Of a stretch of DNA of 22,509 nucleotides, positions 1 through 7,845 are shown piece by piece (the stretch's first letter is position 1; each line of letters opens with the position of its first letter). Both the position numbers and the translations under genes were made by a program. Where the stretch lies: the IMG/VR virus record IMGVR_UViG_3300050138_000571, positions 73,784 through 96,292 of that record; one strand, 5' to 3'. Source of the stretch: a virus. Below the pieces are notes generated by a model. The model saw nothing but the letters and a program-made list of their open reading frames with translations. It was not told where the DNA came from and did not search any database.

Positions 1-1224
1 GTAGTTGTCGGACGGGACCAGGAACGGATCATTGGCCGGGTGCGCGTCGCGGCTTTGCAGCGACAACGGGTCTCCGGTCTGTTCGGCGGCCAGATCCAAG
101 AGATCGCTGACGGCATCGGCGACGGCGGTGATGCCGTTCGTGAAAATGCGGCGGGCGGCGCCCGGCGCGGACATCAAGTCGAGGATCGCAGGCTTCAGGG
201 CCTGAATAATCGAGTCCGGCATGTCGGCAACGGCCAACGGGACCGAAAGCGCGTCCTTTGCGAACAAAGTCAGGTCTCGCATCGGCTCGTAGAGGCCGTT
301 GTGGACGTCGCCGCCGACAGCCGCGATCGTCGCGCTCGCGTCTTGGACGACGGCCCGGACCTGGGAGACCGTCCGGAGCATCGCGGAGAGCTTCGACGGG
401 TTCTTTTGGACCGGAACGTAGCCGAAGATCGATCCAGCGTTGCCGGTGCCGATCTGGATGCGCTTGTACGCCTTCAGTTGGAGGTCGTAGTTGTACTTGT
501 AGGCGCTTTTGGAGGTTTTCGTGACCAGGAACTCGCCGGTGGGAGCAACAAGCCACACCGCCTCCTCTTTCCACGTAGTAAAGGCCAGGCGCGCGGTCCT
601 ACCTGCCTTGGTCCGCTTCAATTGGAGGTACGCCTCCAAGAACAGGGTCATCAGGCGCATCTGGTAGTAGCCCGTGAGGTTTTCCAGGTCGGCGCCGGGG
701 TTAAAATCGGCGTCCGTGACCGTGTTGAACACCACGGAACCCGTGGATCCGATCAATGCCGCCGCCGCCGCGGTCGCGCTGGCCGCAGTCAGGGTCCCAC
801 CAAAGATATTGGGGCCGAAAGAGCTGATCGGGGACTGGGCGTTGCTGCGCCCGAACAGGACGCCGGTGGTCCCTGACACATGGATCATGCGGATCGGGGC
901 CCCGCCATGCTCTTCTACGACACCGCCAAGGGTTACGTTGGTCGTGATCGCAAATGGCATTGAAATCGTGACTGATTCTGGCGGTATCGGCAGGTTGAAC
1001 GTCCAAGACGTGCCGTTAGTTGCGGTTTTTGGGGTGTAAGTGTTGTCGTCCTGGCGCTCGACGACCATGAGCGCATAGGGGTAGGCCTTGCACCATCTGA
1101 GACCGTCGATGGTCGCAGGTCTCGGGAAGTTAACTTCGGTAGCCTGGACCGGAGGGAGCGCGTTTCTTTGCGCCATATCGATGAAATTTGCTGGCGTGTA
1201 GGGCGCCGGAGGAGTGAATGCCAT
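1..1224 (-). CDS. Phage structural protein, baseplate/tail-tube-initiator-like (partial, runs off the left edge; absent from ORF track)
   Basis: Manual translation from ATG 1224: 408 open codons, MAFTPPAPYTPANF...FNLPIPPESVTISMPFAITTNVTLGGVVEEHGGAPIRMIHVSGTTG...; the P-E-S..T..GGVVEE....I.vSGTTG pattern resembles myovirus baseplate/tube-initiator proteins. Starts 3 nt after the stop of 1228..1590. Confidence 0.7.
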   Translation of the reverse strand, partial: MAFTPPAPYTPANFIDMAQRNALPPVQATEVNFPRPATIDGLRWCKAYPYALMVVERQDDNTYTPKTATNGTSWTFNLPIPPESVTISMPFAITTNVTLGGVVEEHGGAPIRMIHVSGTTGVLFGRSNAQSPISSFGPNIFGGTLTAASATAAAAALIGSTGSVVFNTVTDADFNPGADLENLTGYYQMRLMTLFLEAYLQLKRTKAGRTARLAFTTWKEEAVWLVAPTGEFLVTKTSKSAYKYNYDLQLKAYKRIQIGTGNAGSIFGYVPVQKNPSKLSAMLRTVSQVRAVVQDASATIAAVGGDVHNGLYEPMRDLTLFAKDALSVPLAVADMPDSIIQALKPAILDLMSAPGAARRIFTNGITAVADAVSDLLDLAAEQTGDPLSLQSRDAHPANDPFLVPSDNY

Positions 1225-1227
1225 GGA

Positions 1228-1590
1228 TTAAGCCGCCATCCTTGCGCCCTTGGCCAGATTCTGTTCGGCCCAGAGCGGCTGCAGACGCACGGACAGCTTG
1301 TAGTTCAGGTTATCGCGGTACCGAGTGCGGCTCCATTCTCGCTTCTGGGGGAGGTGGTCTCGCCTGTAGTTTTGGTGATACGCCTTGAATTTGTCAGCGT
1401 TGGCTTCTTGATATCGCTTCTTGCGCTCTGCCTGTTCAGCGCATTTGTCGGCAGGCCGGGACGCTAGATAGGCGGCGTTCCCCTCTTTTAAACAAGCCCT
1501 GCAGCGGCTTTGCCTGCCAGATGGGCGATCCTTGCGCCTGTTGAACTCGCCCTCGTCCTTAGGGAGCATGCACTTGGTGCAGGTCTTCAC
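1228..1590 (-). pseudogene. Internally deleted HNH endonuclease paralog (Zn-finger N-terminus and C-terminal tail kept, nuclease core missing)
   Basis: KTCTKC..K...EF and CRAC match the N-terminus of 4140..4913; KLSVR runs straight into LQPLWAEQNLAKGA, skipping the WHIDH...CHYTN region. Frame is intact, so it may still be expressed. Confidence 0.7.
1244..1284. repeat. 41-bp perfect inverted repeat, left copy (partner 4845-4885)
   Basis: GCGCCCTTGGCCAGATTCTGTTCGGCCCAGAGCGGCTGCAG is the exact reverse complement of 4845-4885. Confidence 0.95.
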
Positions 1591-1678
1591 TCACCAATGA
1601 TTGCCGTTGACGGCACCGGGCTTTGGGGCTAGACGAGTAAGAGCGCCCCAATGTCGGGGTGACGATTGGGGGTACGAA

Positions 1679-1996
1679 ATGGCGAAAAACACAAACGTGA
1701 GCGACTTGGTCAACGAGTTCGTACAGAAATTGACGGACGCTCTCCAGCGCCAGACCGAGACGCGAGCCCGGGAGGCGGTACTGAGTGCGTTCGGGGGCGG
1801 CCCAGCGGCCCCTAGGGGCGTCCAACGGCCGAGGAAGGCAGGTAGCTCCCACCTCAGGCTAGCGGGCCGCTACATGGGGCTCATCCGCAGGATGAAAAAG
1901 GGAGAGCAGAAGCAGATCAAGGGCGTTCGCGCCACCCAGGGCGTCGAGGCGGCGATCACCTTGATGAACCAGATGACGGCGGCGAGGGGCGCGTAA
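1679..1996 (+). CDS. Small basic protein, possibly DNA-binding/nucleoid-associated-like
   Basis: ATG 1679: MAKNTNVSDLVNEFVQKLTDAL (amphipathic helix), Gly/Pro/Arg linker, basic C-terminal domain (GRYMGLIRRMKK...VRATQGVEAAI). Possible TTGACG-N17-TAGACG at 1607-1635. Confidence 0.65.
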   Translation: MAKNTNVSDLVNEFVQKLTDALQRQTETRAREAVLSAFGGGPAAPRGVQRPRKAGSSHLRLAGRYMGLIRRMKKGEQKQIKGVRATQGVEAAITLMNQMTAARGA

Positions 1997-2007
1997 AGAA
2001 AGGTAGC

Positions 2008-2056
2008 GCCCTCGTAAGAGCCAACTTCACTTTGCGGGTGATGCTCTTACGAGGGC
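2008..2056. terminator. 14-bp perfect hairpin, possible (bidirectional) terminator
   Basis: GCCCTCGTAAGAGC (2008-2021) / GCTCTTACGAGGGC (2043-2056); just after the 1996 stop; T-rich tail on the minus strand. Confidence 0.6.
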
Positions 2057-2198
2057 CAGCGGACACGGGGAACACTGTGGCAGACGTGGAGTCCGCGGTC
2101 TGCCGGCGCGGTGGAAAAAGAGCGAGACGATTACTGGGGGTAGGATTCCCCGGCCAACCCACTTTTCTTCGTCTCGTTCTCCCACTCCATCACTAAGC

Positions 2199-2210
2199 CT
2201 ATAGCGAACG
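2199..2210 (-). promoter_or_regulatory. CGTTCGCTATAG element, minus-strand copy
   Basis: Plus strand reads CTATAGCGAACG; 8 nt before ATG 2190 of a 19-aa ORF (2131..2190); lies directly downstream of the terminators at 2222-2299. Confidence 0.85.
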
Positions 2211-2221
2211 TCGGGCAAAGG

Positions 2222-2257
2222 AAAAACCTCCGGAGGATTACAAGGCCCTCCGGAGGT
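2222..2257 (-). terminator. Rho-independent terminator
   Basis: ACCTCCGGAGG-N10-CCTCCGGAGGT stem followed by a T run on the minus strand; downstream of 2360..2773. Confidence 0.75.
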
Positions 2258-2270
2258 AAGTTTAGGCTAT

Positions 2271-2299
2271 AAAATCCGGCCCATCAGAGATGGGCTGGA
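2271..2299 (-). terminator. Second hairpin/terminator
   Basis: TCCGGCCCATC-AGA-GATGGGCTGGA (one imperfect pair), followed by TTTT on the minus strand. Confidence 0.55.
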
Positions 2300-2359
2300 C
2301 AGGCACTATTGTCCCCAATTCGAGGGATGCCCTTCGGCCTCAGCCGACGTGCTTGGGTC

Positions 2360-2773
2360 TTACGATTGGTGGATCAGGATGAACTGGCACACCTTCGCGG
2401 ACAGGTCCGTTGCGGTGGTCTGCTGGATGTGGCCGGCCACGGTGATGGTCGACTCGAACCCGGCGGTCCGGTCGAGCGGGGTCGTCAGGTCGGTCACGGC
2501 CATGACCTTGTCGCCGACTACCGCGCCCGCGAGCACGAGCGAACCAGCGGCGGCGGCGCCGTCCTGGCTCACGACGAGGAACGGGTTGCCCGCAAGGATC
2601 GTGGCGCCGGCCTTGGTGATGCCACCGGCAAAGTCGACCGCGGTGCCGAATCTCCAGGATCCGTCCTCGTCGCTGATCTTGGCGGTTTGAATGGCACGCC
2701 CGCCGAAGACGCGGGTGCTGAATTTGAAGGTGGTGGGGTATCCGGGGGTGGTGAGAATCGTCGATCCGGCCAT
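2360..2773 (-). CDS. Small Ala/Gly/Thr-rich putative virion protein (decoration-like), 137 aa
   Basis: Strong SD AAGGAG 7 nt before ATG 2773 (MAGSTILTTPG...); beta-rich A/G/T composition; followed by tandem terminators. Function is inferred. Confidence 0.6.
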   Translation of the reverse strand: MAGSTILTTPGYPTTFKFSTRVFGGRAIQTAKISDEDGSWRFGTAVDFAGGITKAGATILAGNPFLVVSQDGAAAAGSLVLAGAVVGDKVMAVTDLTTPLDRTAGFESTITVAGHIQQTTATDLSAKVCQFILIHQS

Positions 2774-2842
2774 AGTGAGTCTCCTTGAGCGGGTGTGGGT
2801 TTTGGGTGCCCCCAGAGGGGCGGTCAAGGAGATGATTGGTAC

Positions 2843-4069
2843 TCAGTTGGCGGGTCGCGTTTCCTCCTGGACAACGACGCCCAACGTCGTCGGGACCTCG
2901 ATCTGGATGCGGCCGCGGTCGGCGGCGGTGAAGCGACCCGGGAGCAGGTGGCTGTAGCGCTCCGTCGTGACCACCGAGCTATGGCCCATGACCTCTTGGA
3001 GCTTCTCTAAGGTCCCGCCGCCGAGCACCCATTGCGACGCAAACGTGTGCCGGGTCGCGCGGTACCAGATCATGGGCTCGATTCCCAGCTCGGTCAGGGT
3101 CTGGCGCAGCTCCTCTCCCATTCTGTGATCGCCCAGGAAGCGTCGCAGGGGGCCGGTGGCGGCGCCGCCCCGCATCCCGAGCATGGGCGGGCAGACCAAA
3201 CCGGCGCCGCCCGTGATTACCCTGTGCTTCTCCAGCAGCGGGTACAGGGAGTCTAGGATCGGGACGATGCGGATCTCGCCGTCCTTGACCTTTGCCCGGC
3301 CGTCCGCGGTCAGCCGGGCGGCAGCCTTCCCCTTGCGCCTCTGGACCTGCTCTCGGACTGCGATCGTGCGCGAGATCAGGTTGACGGAGGCCCAGTCGAG
3401 GGCGCGGACCTCTGACGTACGGAGGCCGCCCAGGGCGCCAACGGCGTAGGCGATGGCGATGCTGGTGTGTTTTTTGTACAGGCTCTCGTAGACGCGAAAG
3501 ATGTCGGCGGCGTCCTTGATAAAAGGTACGTCCTTGGGATCGTGGTCGGATTTGAGGAACTCGCGCCGGGTTTTCTTGGACAGCATCCGGGTCGGGTTCA
3601 TTTTGGCGTGCCCGTCCTCCACGAGATCCGAGTACAGGGACGAGAGCAGGGCCATGCATAGCTTGACCGTGGCCTTGCTCAAGCCCTTGGTGCGGAGGGC
3701 GGCCATCGTAGTCTTGAGGACCGACACATCGACCTCGTTTGGCGCCAAGTCGCCGATGAGAGGCTTGAGGTGGTTCGTCCAGCGGCTCGCGTCATCATAA
3801 TGACTCTCGTGTGCGGTCCGCGCCGCCAGCCAGGTCACGGCCAGGGCACCTAGACTTGCGAGGTCCGTCCGGCTGCCCTCTCCGAGACCGTAGATCCCGT
3901 CCTGGACTCGCTTGGTGACCTGGTCGAGCAGGCGGCGGGCGGTGTCGGCGTCCGGCAGGGACTTCGTGCGACGTTTGCCGTCAACGTCATAAAATTGGAT
4001 AATGGTCCGGTTGCCGACGGTCCTGATCGACCCGGCCCCGTGCGGTCTGCGGCGCTTCTTGCGTGCCAT
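2843..4069 (-). CDS. int: Tyrosine recombinase / phage integrase
   Basis: N-terminal arm-binding-like domain (GAGSIR...YDVDGKRRTKS), core-binding region, catalytic motifs GLRTSE (R), VKDG (K), WYRATRHTFAS (variant HxxR), MGHSSVVTTERY (H, Y). Confidence 0.95.
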   Translation of the reverse strand: MARKKRRRPHGAGSIRTVGNRTIIQFYDVDGKRRTKSLPDADTARRLLDQVTKRVQDGIYGLGEGSRTDLASLGALAVTWLAARTAHESHYDDASRWTNHLKPLIGDLAPNEVDVSVLKTTMAALRTKGLSKATVKLCMALLSSLYSDLVEDGHAKMNPTRMLSKKTRREFLKSDHDPKDVPFIKDAADIFRVYESLYKKHTSIAIAYAVGALGGLRTSEVRALDWASVNLISRTIAVREQVQRRKGKAAARLTADGRAKVKDGEIRIVPILDSLYPLLEKHRVITGGAGLVCPPMLGMRGGAATGPLRRFLGDHRMGEELRQTLTELGIEPMIWYRATRHTFASQWVLGGGTLEKLQEVMGHSSVVTTERYSHLLPGRFTAADRGRIQIEVPTTLGVVVQEETRPAN

Positions 4070-4078
4070 TACGTAGGA

Positions 4079-4090
4079 CTATAGCGAACC
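4079..4090 (-). promoter_or_regulatory. GGTTCGCTATAG element upstream of the integrase
   Basis: Plus strand reads CTATAGCGAACC; 9 nt before the integrase ATG 4069; no SD in between. Confidence 0.85.
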
Positions 4091-4139
4091 TCGTGAGTTA
4101 GCGCAATCGATTTCGGCATAGATCAAATGGCCCGCAACC

Positions 4140-4913
4140 ATGTTACGGGTGAAGACCTGTCTAAAATGCGACTTACCTAAGGAAGACGACGAGTTCGGTC
4201 GGATGGCGGCCAACAAAGACGGCCTGCATCGCTGGTGCCGCCCCTGCAAGCGCCTGTACGAAAATTCCAGGGCACCAAGCACCACTGACGAACCGCCTCT
4301 CGCCAAGGTGTGCTCTGCATGCGGTGAAGAGAAAATCCTGGACGAGTTCAATCTGCACCGGAGGCGCCGAGATGGGCGCCATCCCCAGTGCAAGGCCTGC
4401 ATGTCGCTCTATCAGCGCGGCCAGCGCCTGCTAAATTCGAAGGGGAGGCTCCCCAAAACGCCTGCCCACCTCAAGAAGCAGCGAGCTGTAAGGTCCAAAC
4501 GTTTTCGGAGTCGGCACCCGGAGCGCGCTCGCGACTATCGACGTAAGAGATACGACTCCGATCTGAGCTTCAAACTATCGGTACTGTTGCGCTCGCGAAT
4601 CGCCCACGCGGTCGAGGCCACGCCCGGCCTCAAGGGAGGCTCCGCGGTTAAGGACCTTGGCTGTACCGTCGGCGAGCTGAGGATGTGGCTGGAGTCCAAG
4701 TTCTACCCGCACCCTGAGACGGGCGAGCAGATGACGTGGGGGAATCATTCTAAGGACGGCTGGCACATCGACCACAAACGCCCGCTCAAGGAATTTGACC
4801 TCACGGATCGTGAACAGTTCCTGCAGGCCTGCCATTACACGAACCTGCAGCCGCTCTGGGCCGAACAGAATCTGGCCAAGGGCGCCAAGGAGGAGTGGGA
4901 ACGGGCTGCCTAG
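4140..4913 (+). CDS. HNH (homing-type) endonuclease with tandem N-terminal CxxC Zn-finger repeats
   Basis: Two CxxC..K...EF...DG...CxxC repeats, then DLGCT..EL..WLE, WHIDHKRPL..FDLTD..Q...ACHYTNLQPLWAEQNLAKG. The true start may be GTG 4149, as in the paralog. Confidence 0.9.
   Translation: MLRVKTCLKCDLPKEDDEFGRMAANKDGLHRWCRPCKRLYENSRAPSTTDEPPLAKVCSACGEEKILDEFNLHRRRRDGRHPQCKACMSLYQRGQRLLNSKGRLPKTPAHLKKQRAVRSKRFRSRHPERARDYRRKRYDSDLSFKLSVLLRSRIAHAVEATPGLKGGSAVKDLGCTVGELRMWLESKFYPHPETGEQMTWGNHSKDGWHIDHKRPLKEFDLTDREQFLQACHYTNLQPLWAEQNLAKGAKEEWERAA
4845..4885. repeat. 41-bp perfect inverted repeat, right copy (partner 1244-1284)
   Basis: CTGCAGCCGCTCTGGGCCGAACAGAATCTGGCCAAGGGCGC. Confidence 0.95.
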
Positions 4914-4915
4914 AG

Positions 4916-4927
4916 CGTTCGCTATAG
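4916..4927 (+). promoter_or_regulatory. CGTTCGCTATAG element #1
   Basis: 2 nt after stop 4913; spacer GCAGGTC; ATG 4935. Confidence 0.9.
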
Positions 4928-4934
4928 GCAGGTC

Positions 4935-5570
4935 ATGGACCTCTTCGTGGCATTCCTACCCCTCCTGGCCTGGGCAGCTTTTGTGACTTGCATGATCGCC
5001 GCGATCATGTGGCCCCGCAAAACGAAGGTCTCGATCAAGGTCGACCCCGACCCCCTGGCGAAGGCCCAGCAGCAGATCCGAGACCTGCAGGATGCCCTTC
5101 GCTTCTACGTGGACCGACACGACGAAGCCAGCGAACAACTGGAGCTGGCAGTCGCTCGAATCGACATGCTGAGGCGCCACAAGGCGGAGATCGTCGAGCG
5201 CGTGGAGGGCATCTTCCACATGGCCCGCTGGATCCAGGAGGACCGGGATACGGCTGAGGCCGAGGTCGTCAGACTCAAGGAGATGGTCGAGCGCCTGCGA
5301 GGGATTTGGTCGCAGACCGGCAAGATCGCCGCCCGCCGCCTCGGCGACCTCATCCGGGCCAAGCTGGAAATCGAGCAATTGACCTTGCAGATGGTCGGCA
5401 TCAGCTCGGCCGCAATGGGCTGGATGGACGCTCCCGTCCTACGCGGCGATTACGTCTGGTCGGTGCCGTACCAGGACGTGCTGGTCCTGCGCCAACGCTA
5501 TGAGAAGCTGCGAACCTTTATCCACCCCGATCTCCTCCAGGAAATCGAGCAGTCGTCGAGCGGCCAATGA
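4935..5570 (+). CDS. Hypothetical protein, N-terminal TM helix plus coiled coil
   Basis: Hydrophobic residues 1-26, then heptad-like region; element-associated start; ATGA overlap with the next gene. Confidence 0.75.
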   Translation: MDLFVAFLPLLAWAAFVTCMIAAIMWPRKTKVSIKVDPDPLAKAQQQIRDLQDALRFYVDRHDEASEQLELAVARIDMLRRHKAEIVERVEGIFHMARWIQEDRDTAEAEVVRLKEMVERLRGIWSQTGKIAARRLGDLIRAKLEIEQLTLQMVGISSAAMGWMDAPVLRGDYVWSVPYQDVLVLRQRYEKLRTFIHPDLLQEIEQSSSGQ

Positions 5571-5914
5571 ACAAGGATCAGGCGCGGATGAACGCGCTGG
5601 CCATCACGACCGTGATGGAGGCGATTCTCTCCATACCTTTGGAGCTGCAGGGGATGAAAGCAGAGATTGCAGAGCTTCGGCGTCAGATTTCTGTCCTGCA
5701 GGCGGTACAGCCGCTGGCGATCGTCGCCGTTCCAGAGGCTGCCGAACGCCTCGGTGTGACGCAAAGGACGGTACGGAGGATGCTGAAGTCGGGGCGCCTG
5801 AAGTCGGTTCGGATAGGGAATCGGGTTCGGGTCGACCTGAGCACGGTGCAGTCCGCTCTTTTGATGACGGCAGACAGCGCATTTGGCATTGACAGCAAAA
5901 CCCAAGCAGCCTAG
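5567..5914 (+). CDS. Excisionase-family (HTH_17/MerR-like) DNA-binding protein
   Basis: VPEAAERLGVTQRTVRRMLKSGRLKSVRIGNRVRV is the typical Xis-like winged HTH pattern. Confidence 0.85.
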   Translation: MNKDQARMNALAITTVMEAILSIPLELQGMKAEIAELRRQISVLQAVQPLAIVAVPEAAERLGVTQRTVRRMLKSGRLKSVRIGNRVRVDLSTVQSALLMTADSAFGIDSKTQAA

Positions 5915-5917
5915 CAT
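5889..5917 (+). promoter_or_regulatory. Sigma70-type promoter, probably leaderless
   Basis: TTGACA (5889)-N17-TAGCAT (5912-5917)-N7-ATG 5925. Confidence 0.7.
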
Positions 5918-5924
5918 CAAAATC

Positions 5925-6098
5925 ATGAACTTCTACGTTACCTGGATGACCTCAAGTCGGATCTCGCTGCAGGAGCGGATCGGGCCTTTCCTCATGCGGG
6001 AGTCCGCCGAGCGCGAGGTCGACTTCGTGCTTTCGGACCCCCGGATCCTGGTGAGAGACATCGACATCGAGGTCGTAGAGGAGAACGCACATGGATAA
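5925..6098 (+). CDS. Hypothetical protein (57 aa)
   Basis: MNFYVTWMTSS...GPFLMRESAE; promoter-associated ATG; overlaps the next start. Confidence 0.65.
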   Translation: MNFYVTWMTSSRISLQERIGPFLMRESAEREVDFVLSDPRILVRDIDIEVVEENAHG

Positions 6099-6369
6099 AG
6101 AGAAGACGCTGACGATGTACGTGACGAAGTACTGGGCAACCCAGGGGATCTTCAAGGTGAGGGGACGAGTCACAGGAGAGGGAGATCGTTATTTCACCTC
6201 TGGCCCCGTCTTCGTGCGGATTGGGAAGGACGCCTTCGAGACCGAGGACGAGGCACAGATCCAGGTTCGCAGAGCAGCCGAGAAGAAGCACACAAGCCTC
6301 ATGAAGGAAGCGGCCAAGATTGCCAGAATAGAATTGTACGGCGTCGCGGTTGTGGACAGGCTCAAGTAG
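6091..6369 (+). CDS. Phage hypothetical protein
   Basis: SD GAGGAG; YVTKYW.TQGI...GKDAFETEDEA pattern looks like a recurrent small phage protein. Confidence 0.75.
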   Translation: MDKEKTLTMYVTKYWATQGIFKVRGRVTGEGDRYFTSGPVFVRIGKDAFETEDEAQIQVRRAAEKKHTSLMKEAAKIARIELYGVAVVDRLK

Positions 6370-6377
6370 GCCGACTG

Positions 6378-6833
6378 ATGCGACTGCAGCGTGCACCATT
6401 TCTCTGTGGCCCACTCGCGATCCTGAATGGCGCACGTGCGCTCGGGATCCGACTCACGGAGCGAGAAATCCGGCTGCACACTGGCACCACCAAGAAGGAC
6501 GGCACCAACGCCTTCGGGATGCTCAGCGCCCTCGAAAGGTTGGGGCTCGAATTCCGAGAGATGAACGGCACCAAGGCGACCGCGTTTGACCACCTGCTGG
6601 AGAGCATTATCGAGGGCTACGTTGGCGCCCTCTGTGTGGAGGAAGGAAATCACTGGATCGCCGCGATTGGCGCCGTAGGGAATCGGATTGTCACATTTGA
6701 CTCCTGGAACTCGTTCATGAACAAGAAGGAGTGCGGAGTCGATGTCCTGAACCAAAAGCAGCTCATACAGTGGTGGGCCCACGGACCCACGAACGAGTAC
6801 TACGGAATTTTGTTCAAGAAGGGACCCCGATGA
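6378..6833 (+). CDS. C39-like cysteine peptidase, stand-alone
   Basis: Q..PFLCGP (oxyanion Q and catalytic C), GT...GT, NHWIAAIG (H), TFDS (D). Confidence 0.8.
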   Translation: MRLQRAPFLCGPLAILNGARALGIRLTEREIRLHTGTTKKDGTNAFGMLSALERLGLEFREMNGTKATAFDHLLESIIEGYVGALCVEEGNHWIAAIGAVGNRIVTFDSWNSFMNKKECGVDVLNQKQLIQWWAHGPTNEYYGILFKKGPR

Positions 6834-7165
6834 GAAACCTCGAAGACAGACCACTGCACACGGCCGCGGACCGCGCGACCGCGAATCTGCGCGCTCTCGG
6901 CCTCAACGTGAAACCCGCGGTCGACGGCGCCGTCAAAGCCTACCTGGAGGCCATAATGCATCCCGACAGCTTGGTCCGGGTGACAGTGGTGGCCGAAGAC
7001 GAGATGGCACTCTTCGACTACATTGTGAACATAGACAAGAACGGCCGCAACAATATCGACTGGTCGAAGACCTGCAGGTCGACGGCCGAGCGCCCGGAGC
7101 TGGAGCTGCTCATCGAGTTCAAGAATGGATCCGGGATCGAGCTGGTGAGGCCACGTTCGCTATAG
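6830..7165 (+). CDS. Hypothetical protein; ends in the element-encoded RSL*
   Basis: ATGA overlap at 6830-6833; stop is the TAG of element #2. Confidence 0.7.
   Translation: MRNLEDRPLHTAADRATANLRALGLNVKPAVDGAVKAYLEAIMHPDSLVRVTVVAEDEMALFDYIVNIDKNGRNNIDWSKTCRSTAERPELELLIEFKNGSGIELVRPRSL
7154..7165 (+). promoter_or_regulatory. CGTTCGCTATAG element #2
   Basis: Spacer ACAGGGA; ATG 7173; supplies the upstream stop. Confidence 0.9.
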
Positions 7166-7172
7166 ACAGGGA

Positions 7173-7829
7173 ATGAACGACTTCCTGGATCGTGTCCCCC
7201 AAGCGCCCGAACCAAAAGACGACCTGGCCGCCGAGAAGCACCATCAGATGCCGTCGCTGATCAACCAGCTGATGATGGGCGCCGACGCCTGGATGCAGCT
7301 GGCGAATCAGAACCTACCCGGCCTCACGCCCGAGCAAGGTCGGTGGCTCTACGAAGAGCGGGCTCAGCGAGCAACCGAGTACCGGGAGCGCGCCGAGCGC
7401 ATTCGCTACTGGATAGCCAGGGCAGAGGCCTTTCGCGACAACCCGAATGTGCCCCTCGACGACATGAGCGGACCTATCGTCTGCTCGATGCTCGAAATCA
7501 TCTGCGGACCTGTCCCTCGTGAGCTGTATCGAGACGCAGAGTGGTTGATCGTGGCCGCGCATCTGTCGACTCAGGGCGTGACCTATTTCTGGGCCCCGAA
7601 GTTCTCGGGGTACACCAGCAATCTTGCGAAGGCGGGTCGGTACACGGAAGAAGAGGCGAAACGTCGAGAGATATGGTCCGAGCGAATGGAGGTCGCCGTC
7701 CTCCTCACAGAGGCCGAGGCGATGTCGTTCCGGGCCGTATCTGATGTCAATGCACACCGCTGGTTCCACGACCGTTTCCCCGGCAATCGAGCGGACCACG
7801 ATCTGAACTTCGTCCCCGGAGAGACCTAG
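7173..7829 (+). CDS. Phage hypothetical protein, probably multi-domain
   Basis: C-terminal FWAPKFSGYTSNLAKAGRYTEEEA resembles a recurrent phage motif. Confidence 0.75.
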   Translation: MNDFLDRVPQAPEPKDDLAAEKHHQMPSLINQLMMGADAWMQLANQNLPGLTPEQGRWLYEERAQRATEYRERAERIRYWIARAEAFRDNPNVPLDDMSGPIVCSMLEIICGPVPRELYRDAEWLIVAAHLSTQGVTYFWAPKFSGYTSNLAKAGRYTEEEAKRREIWSERMEVAVLLTEAEAMSFRAVSDVNAHRWFHDRFPGNRADHDLNFVPGET

Positions 7830-7845
7830 CGCTCGTAGGCAAGCA

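Noticed and set aside
5-1039. ORF-track ORFs 5..205, 29..574, 40..876, 258..524, 674..1039, 701..1006
   Set aside because: Shadow frames of the real minus-strand gene 1..1224, which the track omits because it has no stop inside the window.
4079-4402. Minus-strand ORF ending in GSL* at the integrase element
   Set aside because: Antisense to the HNH gene with no protein-like features; not counted among the stop-capture cases.
4916-4934. Element as a Shine-Dalgarno sequence
   Set aside because: GTTCGCTATAG is not complementary to the standard anti-SD, and a normal AAGGAG SD is used at 2773.
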